Source: Pedobacter sp. (GTDB taxonomy: Bacteria > Bacteroidota > Bacteroidia > Sphingobacteriales > Sphingobacteriaceae). Taken from it: a DNA stretch of 64,000 bases. Position 1 is the first letter of the stretch. Every line of letters starts with the position of its first letter. The translations under genes were made by a program, and so were the position numbers. The notes under the pieces were generated by a model. It ran no database searches. It was not told the DNA's origin and was given only the letters and a program-made list of their open reading frames with translations. Shown here piece after piece: positions 27,439 to 36,225 of this stretch. The DNA lies in assembly GCF_045627485.1 (NCBI RefSeq), contig NZ_JAZQNU010000050.1, forward strand, positions 1,031 through 65,030, given 5' to 3'.

Positions 27439-28494
27439 ATGAGTAAAATAAGGATACTGATAATAGAAGACAATAACGACATCAGGGAAAGCACAGCTGA
27501 GATTTTGATGCTTGCAGACTATGAAGTGATGGAAGCTAAAAATGGTAAGATTGGTGTAGAACTGGCGACAACTCATCTACCGGACGTTATTTTATGTGAT
27601 ATCATGATGCCCGAACTGGATGGGTACGGGGTGTTGTACCTGCTTAATAAAAACCCGCAGACGTCCTCCATCCCTTTTATTTTCCTGACGGCAAAAGCTG
27701 AACGCATCGATATGCGTAAGGGTATGGAAATGGGTGCAGATGATTACCTCACCAAACCTTTTGACGATGTTGAATTACTCAACGCCATAGAAAGTCGCCT
27801 TGCTAAGAAAAACAAGCAGAAAGCATTTTACAGTAAATCACTTGAACAGTTAAGCGGACTGATTGGAACCACTTCTGGTTTACATGCCCTTCAGAAATTA
27901 GTGGCGGAGCGTAAAGTGCGTCACATTAAAAAGAAACAGGTCATTTATTATGAGGGTGATAGTGTAACCGGTATATTCCTGGTGATCCAGGGCAAAGTGA
28001 AAACTGTGAAACTCAATGAAGATGGCAGACAGTTGATGACGGGAATTTACGGAAATGAGGAATACTTTGGAATCACCAGCCTATTACTTCAAGAACCTTA
28101 TGCAGAAACCGCGGAGGCGCTGGAAGATACCACCATTTGTTTATTACCCAAAGACATGATGGAAGACCTGTTAAACCAGTTTCCTGACCTTGGGCGTAAA
28201 TTTATTAAAATACTTTCCAACCAACTGCTCGATAAGGAAGAACAACTGATGCAGCTGGCTTATCACTCGGTAAGAAAACGTTTATCCGAAGTTTTGATTC
28301 GCCTTGCAAAACAGGAAAAATCAGGGAATCCTGTGTTAAAGGTGTCGCGCGATAACCTGGCGGCATTGGCGGGCATGGCTACAGAAACGGTAAGCCGTAT
28401 TTTAAGCGACTTTAAAGAGGAGAGCATTATTGAAAGAAAAGGAAGCCAGATTCATATTATAGACTTTCATAGGTTGGAGCATATGAAAAACTGA
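27439..28494 (+). CDS. Response regulator: receiver + cNMP-binding + Crp/Fnr HTH
   Basis: IIEDN..LCDIMMP..FLTAK receiver; cNMP barrel; VSRDNLAALAGMATETVSR Fnr-type helix. Abuts the kinase stop codon. Confidence 0.93.
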   Translation: MSKIRILIIEDNNDIRESTAEILMLADYEVMEAKNGKIGVELATTHLPDVILCDIMMPELDGYGVLYLLNKNPQTSSIPFIFLTAKAERIDMRKGMEMGADDYLTKPFDDVELLNAIESRLAKKNKQKAFYSKSLEQLSGLIGTTSGLHALQKLVAERKVRHIKKKQVIYYEGDSVTGIFLVIQGKVKTVKLNEDGRQLMTGIYGNEEYFGITSLLLQEPYAETAEALEDTTICLLPKDMMEDLLNQFPDLGRKFIKILSNQLLDKEEQLMQLAYHSVRKRLSEVLIRLAKQEKSGNPVLKVSRDNLAALAGMATETVSRILSDFKEESIIERKGSQIHIIDFHRLEHMKN

Positions 28495-28503
28495 CCAGCA
28501 TCA
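28492..28503. promoter_or_regulatory. Fnr-type box TGAC-CAGC-ATCA
   Basis: Overlaps the regulator stop codon; upstream of -7 element TATTTTTG (28549-28556) and the ORF 28576-hemN operon. Confidence 0.65.
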
Positions 28504-28575
28504 TATTTCAAACTGATGTAACGCATTCCCTCGTTGTTGCGGTCTCTTTATTTTTGATCTATTAAAAGATCAAGT

Positions 28576-29028
28576 ATGAGAGTAGTAGCCTATAGTATAA
28601 AATCTTCTGAAAAAGAGCCACTGGCCATCGCCAACCGAAAGAAGCATGAAATTACTTTAATTTCTAATGCATTAAGCGAGGACACAGCCATTTACGCGCA
28701 AGGAAAAGAAGCCGTTATTGTTTATGAAGGCGATGTTGTAAATGCCAGTGTGATTAATATCCTCGCTGATCTTGGCATTAAATACATCACAACCAGATCA
28801 AATTCAACTGCCCATATTGATGAACGTGCTGCAGAAAGCAGGCAGATCAAACTGGCCTATGTGCATTCTGACAGTATCGACCAGCTTTCCAACGAAACCT
28901 TATTAAACGTGTTAGCAGCCGAAACAATTAGTAACCTTGACAAATGGCAAGGTAAACGCTGTTTAGGATCTGCATGTATCTGTTCTGCAACGTGTCGCGG
29001 ACCTTTAAAAACAGAACATGAACACTAA
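28576..29028 (+). CDS. D-lactate-dehydrogenase-like substrate-binding domain only (no NAD domain), Cys-rich tail
   Basis: N-terminus follows the LdhA pattern (VAYS.K..EK, A.G.EAV.V..GD, ILADLGIKYITTRS..HID..AA) and then jumps to the C-terminal helix AETISNL; tail CLGSACICSATC. Confidence 0.75.
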   Translation: MRVVAYSIKSSEKEPLAIANRKKHEITLISNALSEDTAIYAQGKEAVIVYEGDVVNASVINILADLGIKYITTRSNSTAHIDERAAESRQIKLAYVHSDSIDQLSNETLLNVLAAETISNLDKWQGKRCLGSACICSATCRGPLKTEHEH

Positions 29029-30382
29029 AGCATTAATACAAAAATATAATGTAGCGGCACCACGCTACACCAGTTATCCTACCGTTCCGTTCTGGGATCA
29101 GGCTACATTTAATCAAGAAAACTGGGCCAAGGCTGTTGTACAAACCTTTAATGACAGTAATACCAGTGATGGTATCAGTGTATATATTCACCTTCCTTTT
29201 TGTGAAAGTTTGTGTACCTATTGTGGATGCAACACCCGGATTACCGTAAATCATAAAGTCGAAGAACCTTATATCGCTACAGTACTGAAAGAATGGTCAT
29301 ATTATGTGGCATTATTTAAAGACAGGCCTCAGATCAAAGAATTGCACCTTGGCGGTGGTACACCAACATTTTTCAGTGCAGAAAACTTAAAGCAGTTAAT
29401 TGCCGGAATTTTCGCGTTAGCAGACCGTCATCCTGATGCTGAATTTAGCTTTGAGGGTCATCCGGGCAATACCCGGAAAGAGCACCTTGCTACTTTATTT
29501 GATTTAGGATTCAAACGCCTGAGTCTGGGTATACAGGATTTTGACCCAAGGGTACAATTGATTATCAATCGTATTCAAAGTTACGAGGAAGTGCAACTGG
29601 CTACCCAGCAAGCACGGGATGCCGGTTATACCTCTGTGAATTATGATTTGATTTATGGTTTGCCTTTGCAAACCCTGGAAGGTTTGCAGGAAACCATAAA
29701 TTACGTTTTGCAACTTAAACCAGACCGTATTGCTTATTACAGCTATGCACATGTGCCGTGGATAAAACCGGGTCAACGACGTTATACCGAAAAAGACCTT
29801 CCATCGTCGGCTTTAAAGCAACAACTTTATGAGGTAGGGCGGGAGATGCTGAAAGCAGGTGGTTATACCGAGGTGGGCATGGATCATTTTACCCTGACCA
29901 GCGATACCTTGTATGCTGCTGCAGAAGATGGCGGTTTACACCGTAACTTTATGGGCTACACCCACCAGTACAGTCGTTTGATGATCGGTTTGGGGGTTTC
30001 ATCGATAAGTGATACCTGGACCGGTTTTGCGCAAAATGTTAAAAAAGTTGAAGACTACACAGCCTTGGTAGAAGCCGGGGAAATTCCAGTGTTTAAAGGC
30101 CATATTTTGGATGAAGCCGATGTGTTGTTACGCCAGCATATATTGAATATCATGTGTAAAGGTGAAACATCATGGGCGCTGAAAACGGAGCAACATCCTG
30201 ACTTTTATGAAGGACTGGAGCGAATGGAATTATTGGCTCTGGATGGATTGGTAACCCTAAATGATCAGCACTTAAAGGTTACGGAGGAAGGAAAGCGTTT
30301 TTTAAGAAATATCTGCATGGCTCTTGATGCCCGTTTATGGCGAAACCAGCCTACAACACCATTATTTAGTATGGCCGACTAA
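29018..30382 (+). CDS. hemN: Oxygen-independent coproporphyrinogen III oxidase
   Basis: PRYTSYPT, HLPFCESLCTYCGC radical-SAM motif, RNFMGYT. Confidence 0.97.
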   Translation: MNTKALIQKYNVAAPRYTSYPTVPFWDQATFNQENWAKAVVQTFNDSNTSDGISVYIHLPFCESLCTYCGCNTRITVNHKVEEPYIATVLKEWSYYVALFKDRPQIKELHLGGGTPTFFSAENLKQLIAGIFALADRHPDAEFSFEGHPGNTRKEHLATLFDLGFKRLSLGIQDFDPRVQLIINRIQSYEEVQLATQQARDAGYTSVNYDLIYGLPLQTLEGLQETINYVLQLKPDRIAYYSYAHVPWIKPGQRRYTEKDLPSSALKQQLYEVGREMLKAGGYTEVGMDHFTLTSDTLYAAAEDGGLHRNFMGYTHQYSRLMIGLGVSSISDTWTGFAQNVKKVEDYTALVEAGEIPVFKGHILDEADVLLRQHILNIMCKGETSWALKTEQHPDFYEGLERMELLALDGLVTLNDQHLKVTEEGKRFLRNICMALDARLWRNQPTTPLFSMAD

Positions 30383-30388
30383 TTGTAG

Positions 30389-31072
30389 TTATTTACACTC
30401 GGCCACACTAGTGGTTTGTTTAGCCGGACTCACAAAAGGAATATCTAAATTCATTCCCCTTAATAAAAACCAGCAACCCAGAAAAAGCAACATAAAGGGA
30501 ATTACCTTGTTGATGCGCTGGCGTACCAAGTTACCTGTAAAACCCATGCCAATGGTGGCTATTAACATGAGGGGAGTGGTACCTACACCAAACCAGAACA
30601 TATAACTAACAGCAAGGGACATGTTTCCTGTGTTTAATGCACCGGCCAGCGCCAGGTAAACAAAGCCACAAGGCAATAAGCCGTTAATCATACCTATGAT
30701 GAGGTGATTTGCTTTATGTTTTAAGGCATAACCAAACAGTTTGTTAAAGGGTTTAAGCAGGATACTACTGCTGTTGGCGATTGTTAATTTAAAAATTCTG
30801 GAACAAGCTGCGGCAATAATTAGGATACCTGTAAAAATACTGATTCCCTGTTGCAGGCCAGATAACCAGATTTGGCGGCCTATTAATCCAATTACTATGC
30901 CTAATACACAATAGGAAAGGATTCGGCCGGCTTGGTACAATACCTTGTCGAGCACGACATAACCTATGCCAGATTTTAAAGAAGGTACAGCAAATGCCAA
31001 AGGGCCACACATACCAATGCAATGTACGCTACCCAACAGGCCAATCATGAAAGCCAGGTATTGATCGCTCAT
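30389..31072 (-). CDS. DsbD_2 / TauE-SafE-like membrane protein of cbb3 assembly clusters
   Basis: GSVHCIGMCGP, GMINGLLPCGFVY; last gene of the cco cluster. Confidence 0.9.
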   Translation of the reverse strand: MSDQYLAFMIGLLGSVHCIGMCGPLAFAVPSLKSGIGYVVLDKVLYQAGRILSYCVLGIVIGLIGRQIWLSGLQQGISIFTGILIIAAACSRIFKLTIANSSSILLKPFNKLFGYALKHKANHLIIGMINGLLPCGFVYLALAGALNTGNMSLAVSYMFWFGVGTTPLMLIATIGMGFTGNLVRQRINKVIPFMLLFLGCWFLLRGMNLDIPFVSPAKQTTSVAECK

Positions 31073-31494
31073 TATAACATTACCTCCTTTTCATATAAAT
31101 AATCTACCCCTTCACTGGTCCAGTCGATTCTTAGTTTCCACAATCCTGTGGCAATACCACTTATTGGGATATTGAACTGGTTAAGGCTATCTGTTTTCAG
31201 GGTCATTGATTTATCCATTGTCTTATCAGCAGTTCTGATTAGTTTGACATTGCCAGTGGCCTGCTGGTTAAATAACAGGTTTAGTTGCTGGTCATGGATC
31301 ATCACTTTAGGCGCCGCCTGATCACGCAGTACCTGGGTTTTTTTCTGGTACTCTACGTTGTAGCTAATGCCTTTTTCATAATAGTCGGCATCAACTAGGT
31401 CATCATTTTTACTGGTCATCATTAAATAGGCCAGTACCATGATGAATGTCATAAATACGCCTAATCCTAATGCTATTTTTAATCCCCAATTCAT
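31072..31494 (-). CDS. ccoH: FixH/CcoH family protein
   Basis: MNWG..TM..DLVDADYYEKGISY. Start moved to MNWG to avoid overlap with ccoG. Confidence 0.88.
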   Translation of the reverse strand: MNWGLKIALGLGVFMTFIMVLAYLMMTSKNDDLVDADYYEKGISYNVEYQKKTQVLRDQAAPKVMIHDQQLNLLFNQQATGNVKLIRTADKTMDKSMTLKTDSLNQFNIPISGIATGLWKLRIDWTSEGVDYLYEKEVML

Positions 31495-31498
31495 GTTG

Positions 31499-32863
31499 TT
31501 ATTCGTTAGGTGGTGCAATAAAGGTGGTATTGAAACGGTCAATTATTTTTCCGCCCGAAACAAGCCTGAAGCTAATTTCTGTTTTATATTTTTTGATGTG
31601 TTGTTGTGGCATAATCACGAAGAAGGTAAGCTTCGCCTGTCCGCCATAACGGAGTTTGTCTTCTTTTTGAATGTATTGAATACTGGCTTTATCATCATCA
31701 GGAACGATTTCAAAAGACAGGTCGCCGCTGGTTTTATTAATCAACTCTGCATTGTAGAGATTGGTAACGGTATTTTCCTTTTCGCGCAACTGGTAGAGCG
31801 TTCCACTTGCCCTGAGTACGGTGGTTTTTACATCACTTCGGCTTATTAGGAGGTAGCTTAACACACTAACAAGTACCAGTAATACGGCACTGTAACCATA
31901 AATACGTTTGTTGAGTTTAATAGGCTGGTGATTTTTAATTTCTTCTTCAGATTTGAACCCAATTAAGCGCCTTGGCCTGTTAATCTTTTCCATTACCATG
32001 TCGCACGCATCGATACAGGCAGTACAATTAACGCATTCCATTTGAGTGCCGTTTCTGATATCAATTCCCGTAGGACACACGTGCACACATAACTTACAGT
32101 CGATGCAATCACCTAGCTGGTTGTTCTCTTCTTTCAACTTTTTACCTCTGGGTTCACCACGCAGATAATCATATGCCACGATCATACTTTGGTTATCGAG
32201 CAATACACCTTGCAACCTGCCATACGGACAAGCTACGGTACATACCAGCTCCCGCATTCTGGAGAAAACAAGGTAAAATAAGATGGTGAAGATACAAATG
32301 GATAGAAAGCCAGTGAGGTGGAGGCTCACCGGTTCTGTAACGATTTTAAGTAAAGCCGTAGTACCAATGATGTAAGCGAGAAAGATGTTGGCAATAAAGA
32401 ACGAAAGGCAGAAAAAGATCCCGTGTTTTAAGGTTTTTTTGAAGAATTTATTCCAGGTGAGTGGCGATTCATCCATTTTTTTTTGTTTCAGGTAATCGCC
32501 TTCAATCCAGTTTTCGATTTTACGGAACACCATTTCCAGAAATATGGTTTGGGGGCAGGCCCATCCACAGAAAACGCGGCCAAAGACTACCGTGAAAAGC
32601 ACAATAAAAACAATAAAAGTAAGCAAGCCCAAAACAAATAAGTAGAAATCCTGTGGCCAGAAAATGATGCCGAAGAACACAAATTTACGTTCAAGGACAT
32701 TCAAGAGGATAAGTTGTTGGCCATTTACTTTAATGAAGGGTGCTGCAAAGAGCAGCGCCAAGAAAAAGTAACTGACTACAGAGCGGTATTTATAGAGTTT
32801 ACCCTTTATAATACGGGGATAGATCCATTTTCTAGCTGAGGAATAGTTTGGGCTTGCTAACAT
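31499..32863 (-). CDS. ccoG: Cytochrome c oxidase accessory protein CcoG (4Fe-4S)
   Basis: GRVFCGWACPQT, CTVACPYGRLQ, CIDCKLCVHVCPTGIDIR, CVNCTACIDACD. Confidence 0.97.
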   Translation of the reverse strand: MLASPNYSSARKWIYPRIIKGKLYKYRSVVSYFFLALLFAAPFIKVNGQQLILLNVLERKFVFFGIIFWPQDFYLFVLGLLTFIVFIVLFTVVFGRVFCGWACPQTIFLEMVFRKIENWIEGDYLKQKKMDESPLTWNKFFKKTLKHGIFFCLSFFIANIFLAYIIGTTALLKIVTEPVSLHLTGFLSICIFTILFYLVFSRMRELVCTVACPYGRLQGVLLDNQSMIVAYDYLRGEPRGKKLKEENNQLGDCIDCKLCVHVCPTGIDIRNGTQMECVNCTACIDACDMVMEKINRPRRLIGFKSEEEIKNHQPIKLNKRIYGYSAVLLVLVSVLSYLLISRSDVKTTVLRASGTLYQLREKENTVTNLYNAELINKTSGDLSFEIVPDDDKASIQYIQKEDKLRYGGQAKLTFFVIMPQQHIKKYKTEISFRLVSGGKIIDRFNTTFIAPPNE

Positions 32864-32865
32864 AA

Positions 32866-33669
32866 TTACAGTTGCTTATCGCCCTGAGGCGCTTTAGCAC
32901 CTTCAGGATTTGTGCCTTGAAGAGACATTACATAATTGGTGATGTCGGATAATTGGGCGGCGCTCAGTGATTTTTCCCAAGCCACCATTCCTTTTTCCGG
33001 CACACCATATTTAATGGTTTTAAAAACATCGCTAATGGTACCACCGTGTAACCAGTATTCGTCGGTTAAGTTGGGACCTACAGAGCCTTCTCCTTTTTCA
33101 CCATGACAAGGTGTACAACGGGAGGTGTAAAGTGCAAGGCCACTGTTAATTACTGCAGCATCTGTACTTTGTACAATGTTGTTCTCATTCACTGCATTTT
33201 TTGAGTTACCCGGTTTGGATAAAAAGGCTATTTTAGCTTCTTCGGCCTGTGCAAGTTCGGTCAGGTATTCCTCTTCCTGGTCTTGTCCGAAGCCAAATAC
33301 CTCGTAATTAAATAAGTAGATGACGGCGAAGATCACGGTACCATAAAACAATACCATAAACCAACCTGGTGTAGGATTGTCTAACTCGGCAATGCCATCG
33401 AACTCATGTTCCATCATCTGGTCTTTTTCTTCTGCCAATGGCCTTAGGCCCATTAATTTTTCAATTAAAGTAGGGCGCTTAGGTTGTGCAGCTTTTGCTG
33501 CGGCCATGGCCTGAAGCTTTAATGCTTTCTCGGCTGGAGTGGCAAAAGGTATTGGGTTTTTAGTTTCCTCCACATAAAATTTAATCACTTTTAGCAGGAG
33601 GATTGACACCCCAAGGATCATAACGGCGGTGATGCCTAAAGCAATCACCATAATTTCTGCGTAGCTCAT
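32866..33669 (-). CDS. ccoP: cbb3-type cytochrome c oxidase subunit III (single heme motif)
   Basis: HEFDGIAELDNPTPGW N-terminal motif; one CTPCH; GPNLTDEYWLHG. Confidence 0.95.
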   Translation of the reverse strand: MSYAEIMVIALGITAVMILGVSILLLKVIKFYVEETKNPIPFATPAEKALKLQAMAAAKAAQPKRPTLIEKLMGLRPLAEEKDQMMEHEFDGIAELDNPTPGWFMVLFYGTVIFAVIYLFNYEVFGFGQDQEEEYLTELAQAEEAKIAFLSKPGNSKNAVNENNIVQSTDAAVINSGLALYTSRCTPCHGEKGEGSVGPNLTDEYWLHGGTISDVFKTIKYGVPEKGMVAWEKSLSAAQLSDITNYVMSLQGTNPEGAKAPQGDKQL

Positions 33670-33672
33670 AAT

Positions 33673-33837
33673 CTATTCTTCGTCGTTTAATGGCAGTTGG
33701 CTCATGTAGTTTACTTCCTCTTTTTTCATCAGGAGGAGCATAATGCCCACCATGATGAAAAAGAAAAAGAATATGCCTAATGAGATCATTAAATACACCT
33801 GCTTGTCGTCTACCTGATTTAAAAATTGCCTAAACAT
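33673..33837 (-). CDS. ccoQ: cbb3-type oxidase subunit CcoQ (54 aa), not in ORF track
   Basis: Hand translation MFRQFLNQVDDKQVYLMISLGIFFFFFIMVGIMLLLMKKEEVNYMSQLPLNDEE; one TM plus the ..LPLND tail; sits between ccoNO and ccoP. Confidence 0.9.
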   Translation of the reverse strand: MFRQFLNQVDDKQVYLMISLGIFFFFFIMVGIMLLLMKKEEVNYMSQLPLNDEE

Positions 33838-33855
33838 GTTTTTGTATTTTAAGTG

Positions 33856-35967
33856 TTATTTTGCTTTAATGTCTGTTCCTAATCGTTGGAGGTAAGCAAT
33901 AAGTGCAACAATCTCCTTGTCGCTTTTTACCTTTACGTTGTTTTGCTTCAAATCTGCAGCGATGGCTTTGGCTTGAATATCAAGGTCTTTGTTGGCCTGG
34001 TGTTCATAACCTTCAGCGTAAGGCACCCCTAAGGTTCTCATGGCGTTAATTTTAGCAATCGTTGTGGTGGTATCCAGCACTTGGTTGGCTAACCATTCGT
34101 AAGGAGGCATAATACTTCCCGGCGACATGGTTTGTGGATCTACCATGTGGTTGTAATGCCATGCATTGGTGTACTTCTGACCCAGACGTTGTAAATCAGG
34201 ACCTGTACGTTTAGAACCCCATAAAAAAGGATGGTCGTACACAAATTCACCTGCTTTACTGTATTCGCCAAAGCGCTCCGTTTCTGATCGGAAAGGACGG
34301 ATCATTTGCGAGTGGCAGTTTACACAGCCTTCTTTAATATAAACATCTCTTCCATGTAATTCCAGCGGAGTATAAGGTTTTACGCTTGAAATGGTTGGGA
34401 TATTAGATTTAATGGTAAAGGTTGGCATCATTTCTACCATACCACCAATCAGGATAACGATCAGTGACAATACCAGGAATACCATTGGTTTGCGTTCAAG
34501 CACACGGTGCCATTTTTTATCAGAGCCTTCAGCTACATAAGTAGCAGGAAGTGGTAGTGACTCTGCAGCTTCATCTGCAACCAATTTGCCGGCAAGTGCT
34601 GTTTTGATCAGGTTATAAGTCATCACAATTACTCCGATTAAGTAAAGGGCGCCGCCGATGGCTCTCAATACATACATTGGAATAATCTGAATAACGGTTT
34701 CAAGGAAGTTAGGATATCTTAATACACCTTCTTCGGTGAATTCTTTCCACATTAAACCTTGGGTGAAACCTGCAAAATATAAAGGTACGGCATAGAAAAT
34801 GATCCCTAAGGTGCCAATCCAGAAGTGGAAGGATGCTAATTTTTTAGAGAATAACTGGGTGTTGTAAATTCTTGGGATTAACCAGTACAGGATACCGAAG
34901 GTTAAGAATCCATTCCAGCCTAAGGCGCCTACGTGAACGTGTGCTACTATCCAGTCGGTATAGTGGGCAATGGCATTAATCTGTTTGAAAGCAAGCATAG
35001 GGCCTTCGAAAGTAGCCATACCATAGGCGGTTAAACCTACTACCATGAACTTCAGTTTTGGATCCTCACGCACCTTATCCCAGGCGCCACGCAGCGTAAG
35101 CAAACCGTTGATCATACCACCCCAACTTGGTGCAATTAACATCACGGAGAAAGCAACACCTAAAGATTGTGCCCAGCCAGGTAGTGAAGTATATAATAAA
35201 TGGTGAGGGCCTGCCCAGATATAAATAAAGATTAACGACCAGAAGTGGAGGATACTAAGTTTATAGGAATAGATAGGCCGCTGTGCCATTTTAGGAAGGA
35301 AGTAATACATCATTCCTAAATAAGGGGTAGTTAAAAAGAACGCTACTGCATTGTGGCCGTACCACCATTGTACTAGTGCATCCTGCACGCCCGCAAAAAG
35401 GTAATAGCTTTTAAATGCTGAAATTGGTAACTGGAAAGAGTTAACAATGTGTAATACAGCAACCGTAACGAAAGTGGCAATGTAAAACCAGATGGCTACA
35501 TACATGTGCTTTTCACGGCGTTTAAAAATGGTACCGAACATATTGATTCCGAATACTACCCATATTAAGGTGATGGCGATATCAATTGGCCATTCCATTT
35601 CTGCATATTCATGCGAAGTGGTTAATCCGAGTGGAAGTGTAATGGCAGTGGCGACAATAATGAGTTGCCAACCCCAGAAATGGATTTTGCTTAACACATC
35701 GCTAAACATTCTAGCCTTGAGTAGTCGTTGGAGAGAGTAATAAACCCCCATAAAAATGGCGTTCCCCACGAAAGCGAAAATAACTGCATTAGTGTGTAGT
35801 GGCCTGATGCGGCCGAAGGTGGTGTATTGACTTCCCATGTTCAATGACGGCTTAAACAGCTGCATAGCGATGAGGAGGCCAACTGACATGCCAACAATGC
35901 CCCAGACGATGGTGGCAATGGCAAAGTTTCTGACGATCTTGTTGTCGTAGTAGAATTTCTCAGTCAT
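33856..35967 (-). CDS. ccoN: Fused cbb3-type oxidase subunits I/II (CcoN-CcoO)
   Basis: RPLHTNAVIF, WWYGHNAVAF, WAGPHH, HVHVGALGW (CcoN); GCVNCHSQMIRP, WGSKRTGPDL (CcoO). Confidence 0.98.
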   Translation of the reverse strand: MTEKFYYDNKIVRNFAIATIVWGIVGMSVGLLIAMQLFKPSLNMGSQYTTFGRIRPLHTNAVIFAFVGNAIFMGVYYSLQRLLKARMFSDVLSKIHFWGWQLIIVATAITLPLGLTTSHEYAEMEWPIDIAITLIWVVFGINMFGTIFKRREKHMYVAIWFYIATFVTVAVLHIVNSFQLPISAFKSYYLFAGVQDALVQWWYGHNAVAFFLTTPYLGMMYYFLPKMAQRPIYSYKLSILHFWSLIFIYIWAGPHHLLYTSLPGWAQSLGVAFSVMLIAPSWGGMINGLLTLRGAWDKVREDPKLKFMVVGLTAYGMATFEGPMLAFKQINAIAHYTDWIVAHVHVGALGWNGFLTFGILYWLIPRIYNTQLFSKKLASFHFWIGTLGIIFYAVPLYFAGFTQGLMWKEFTEEGVLRYPNFLETVIQIIPMYVLRAIGGALYLIGVIVMTYNLIKTALAGKLVADEAAESLPLPATYVAEGSDKKWHRVLERKPMVFLVLSLIVILIGGMVEMMPTFTIKSNIPTISSVKPYTPLELHGRDVYIKEGCVNCHSQMIRPFRSETERFGEYSKAGEFVYDHPFLWGSKRTGPDLQRLGQKYTNAWHYNHMVDPQTMSPGSIMPPYEWLANQVLDTTTTIAKINAMRTLGVPYAEGYEHQANKDLDIQAKAIAADLKQNNVKVKSDKEIVALIAYLQRLGTDIKAK

Positions 35968-36027
35968 ACTTAAATAATGGATGGTTTTGATGGGGGTAAA
36001 ATTACAAGGGCATTAGCCGGAGGAGTA

Positions 36028-36039
36028 TGATGGTTGTTA
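36028..36039. promoter_or_regulatory. Fnr-type box TGAT-GGTT-GTTA (1 mismatch) upstream of ccoNO
   Basis: 60 nt upstream of the ccoN start; overlaps the ccoS stop. -7-like TAATTTTA on the minus strand at 35997-36004. Confidence 0.5.
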
Positions 36040-36225
36040 ATGTGAAGTGTGATCTTCATCATTTTTCTTCAATGGCTGATCAGTCAGCTCATCGTCAAAT
36101 AATATCCTGATGCCAGGCGTATAGGTGTCGTCATTCTGACCGGTTCTGGATGCCCAAAAAAAGGCGGTTAAAAATACCAGCGCCAGCAGAATGCTGATGC
36201 CGATAAGCATATAGATCATGTTCAT
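36037..36225 (-). CDS. ccoS: cbb3 oxidase assembly protein CcoS
   Basis: TM..FFWASRTGQNDDTYTPGIRILFDD. Confidence 0.95.
   Translation of the reverse strand: MNMIYMLIGISILLALVFLTAFFWASRTGQNDDTYTPGIRILFDDELTDQPLKKNDEDHTSH

Noticed and set aside
28513-28524. Second Fnr-type box TGAT-GTAA-CGCA upstream of ORF 28576
   Set aside because: Only one good half-site; not distinguishable from chance.
28576-29028. Functional D-lactate dehydrogenase or simple frameshifted pseudogene
   Set aside because: NAD-binding domain and catalytic residues are absent; the final helix is retained in frame and hemN follows immediately, leaving no room for a broken remainder.
33856-35967. ccoN-ccoO fusion as a novelty
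   Set aside because: Fused ccoNO is the usual arrangement in Bacteroidota cbb3 clusters.
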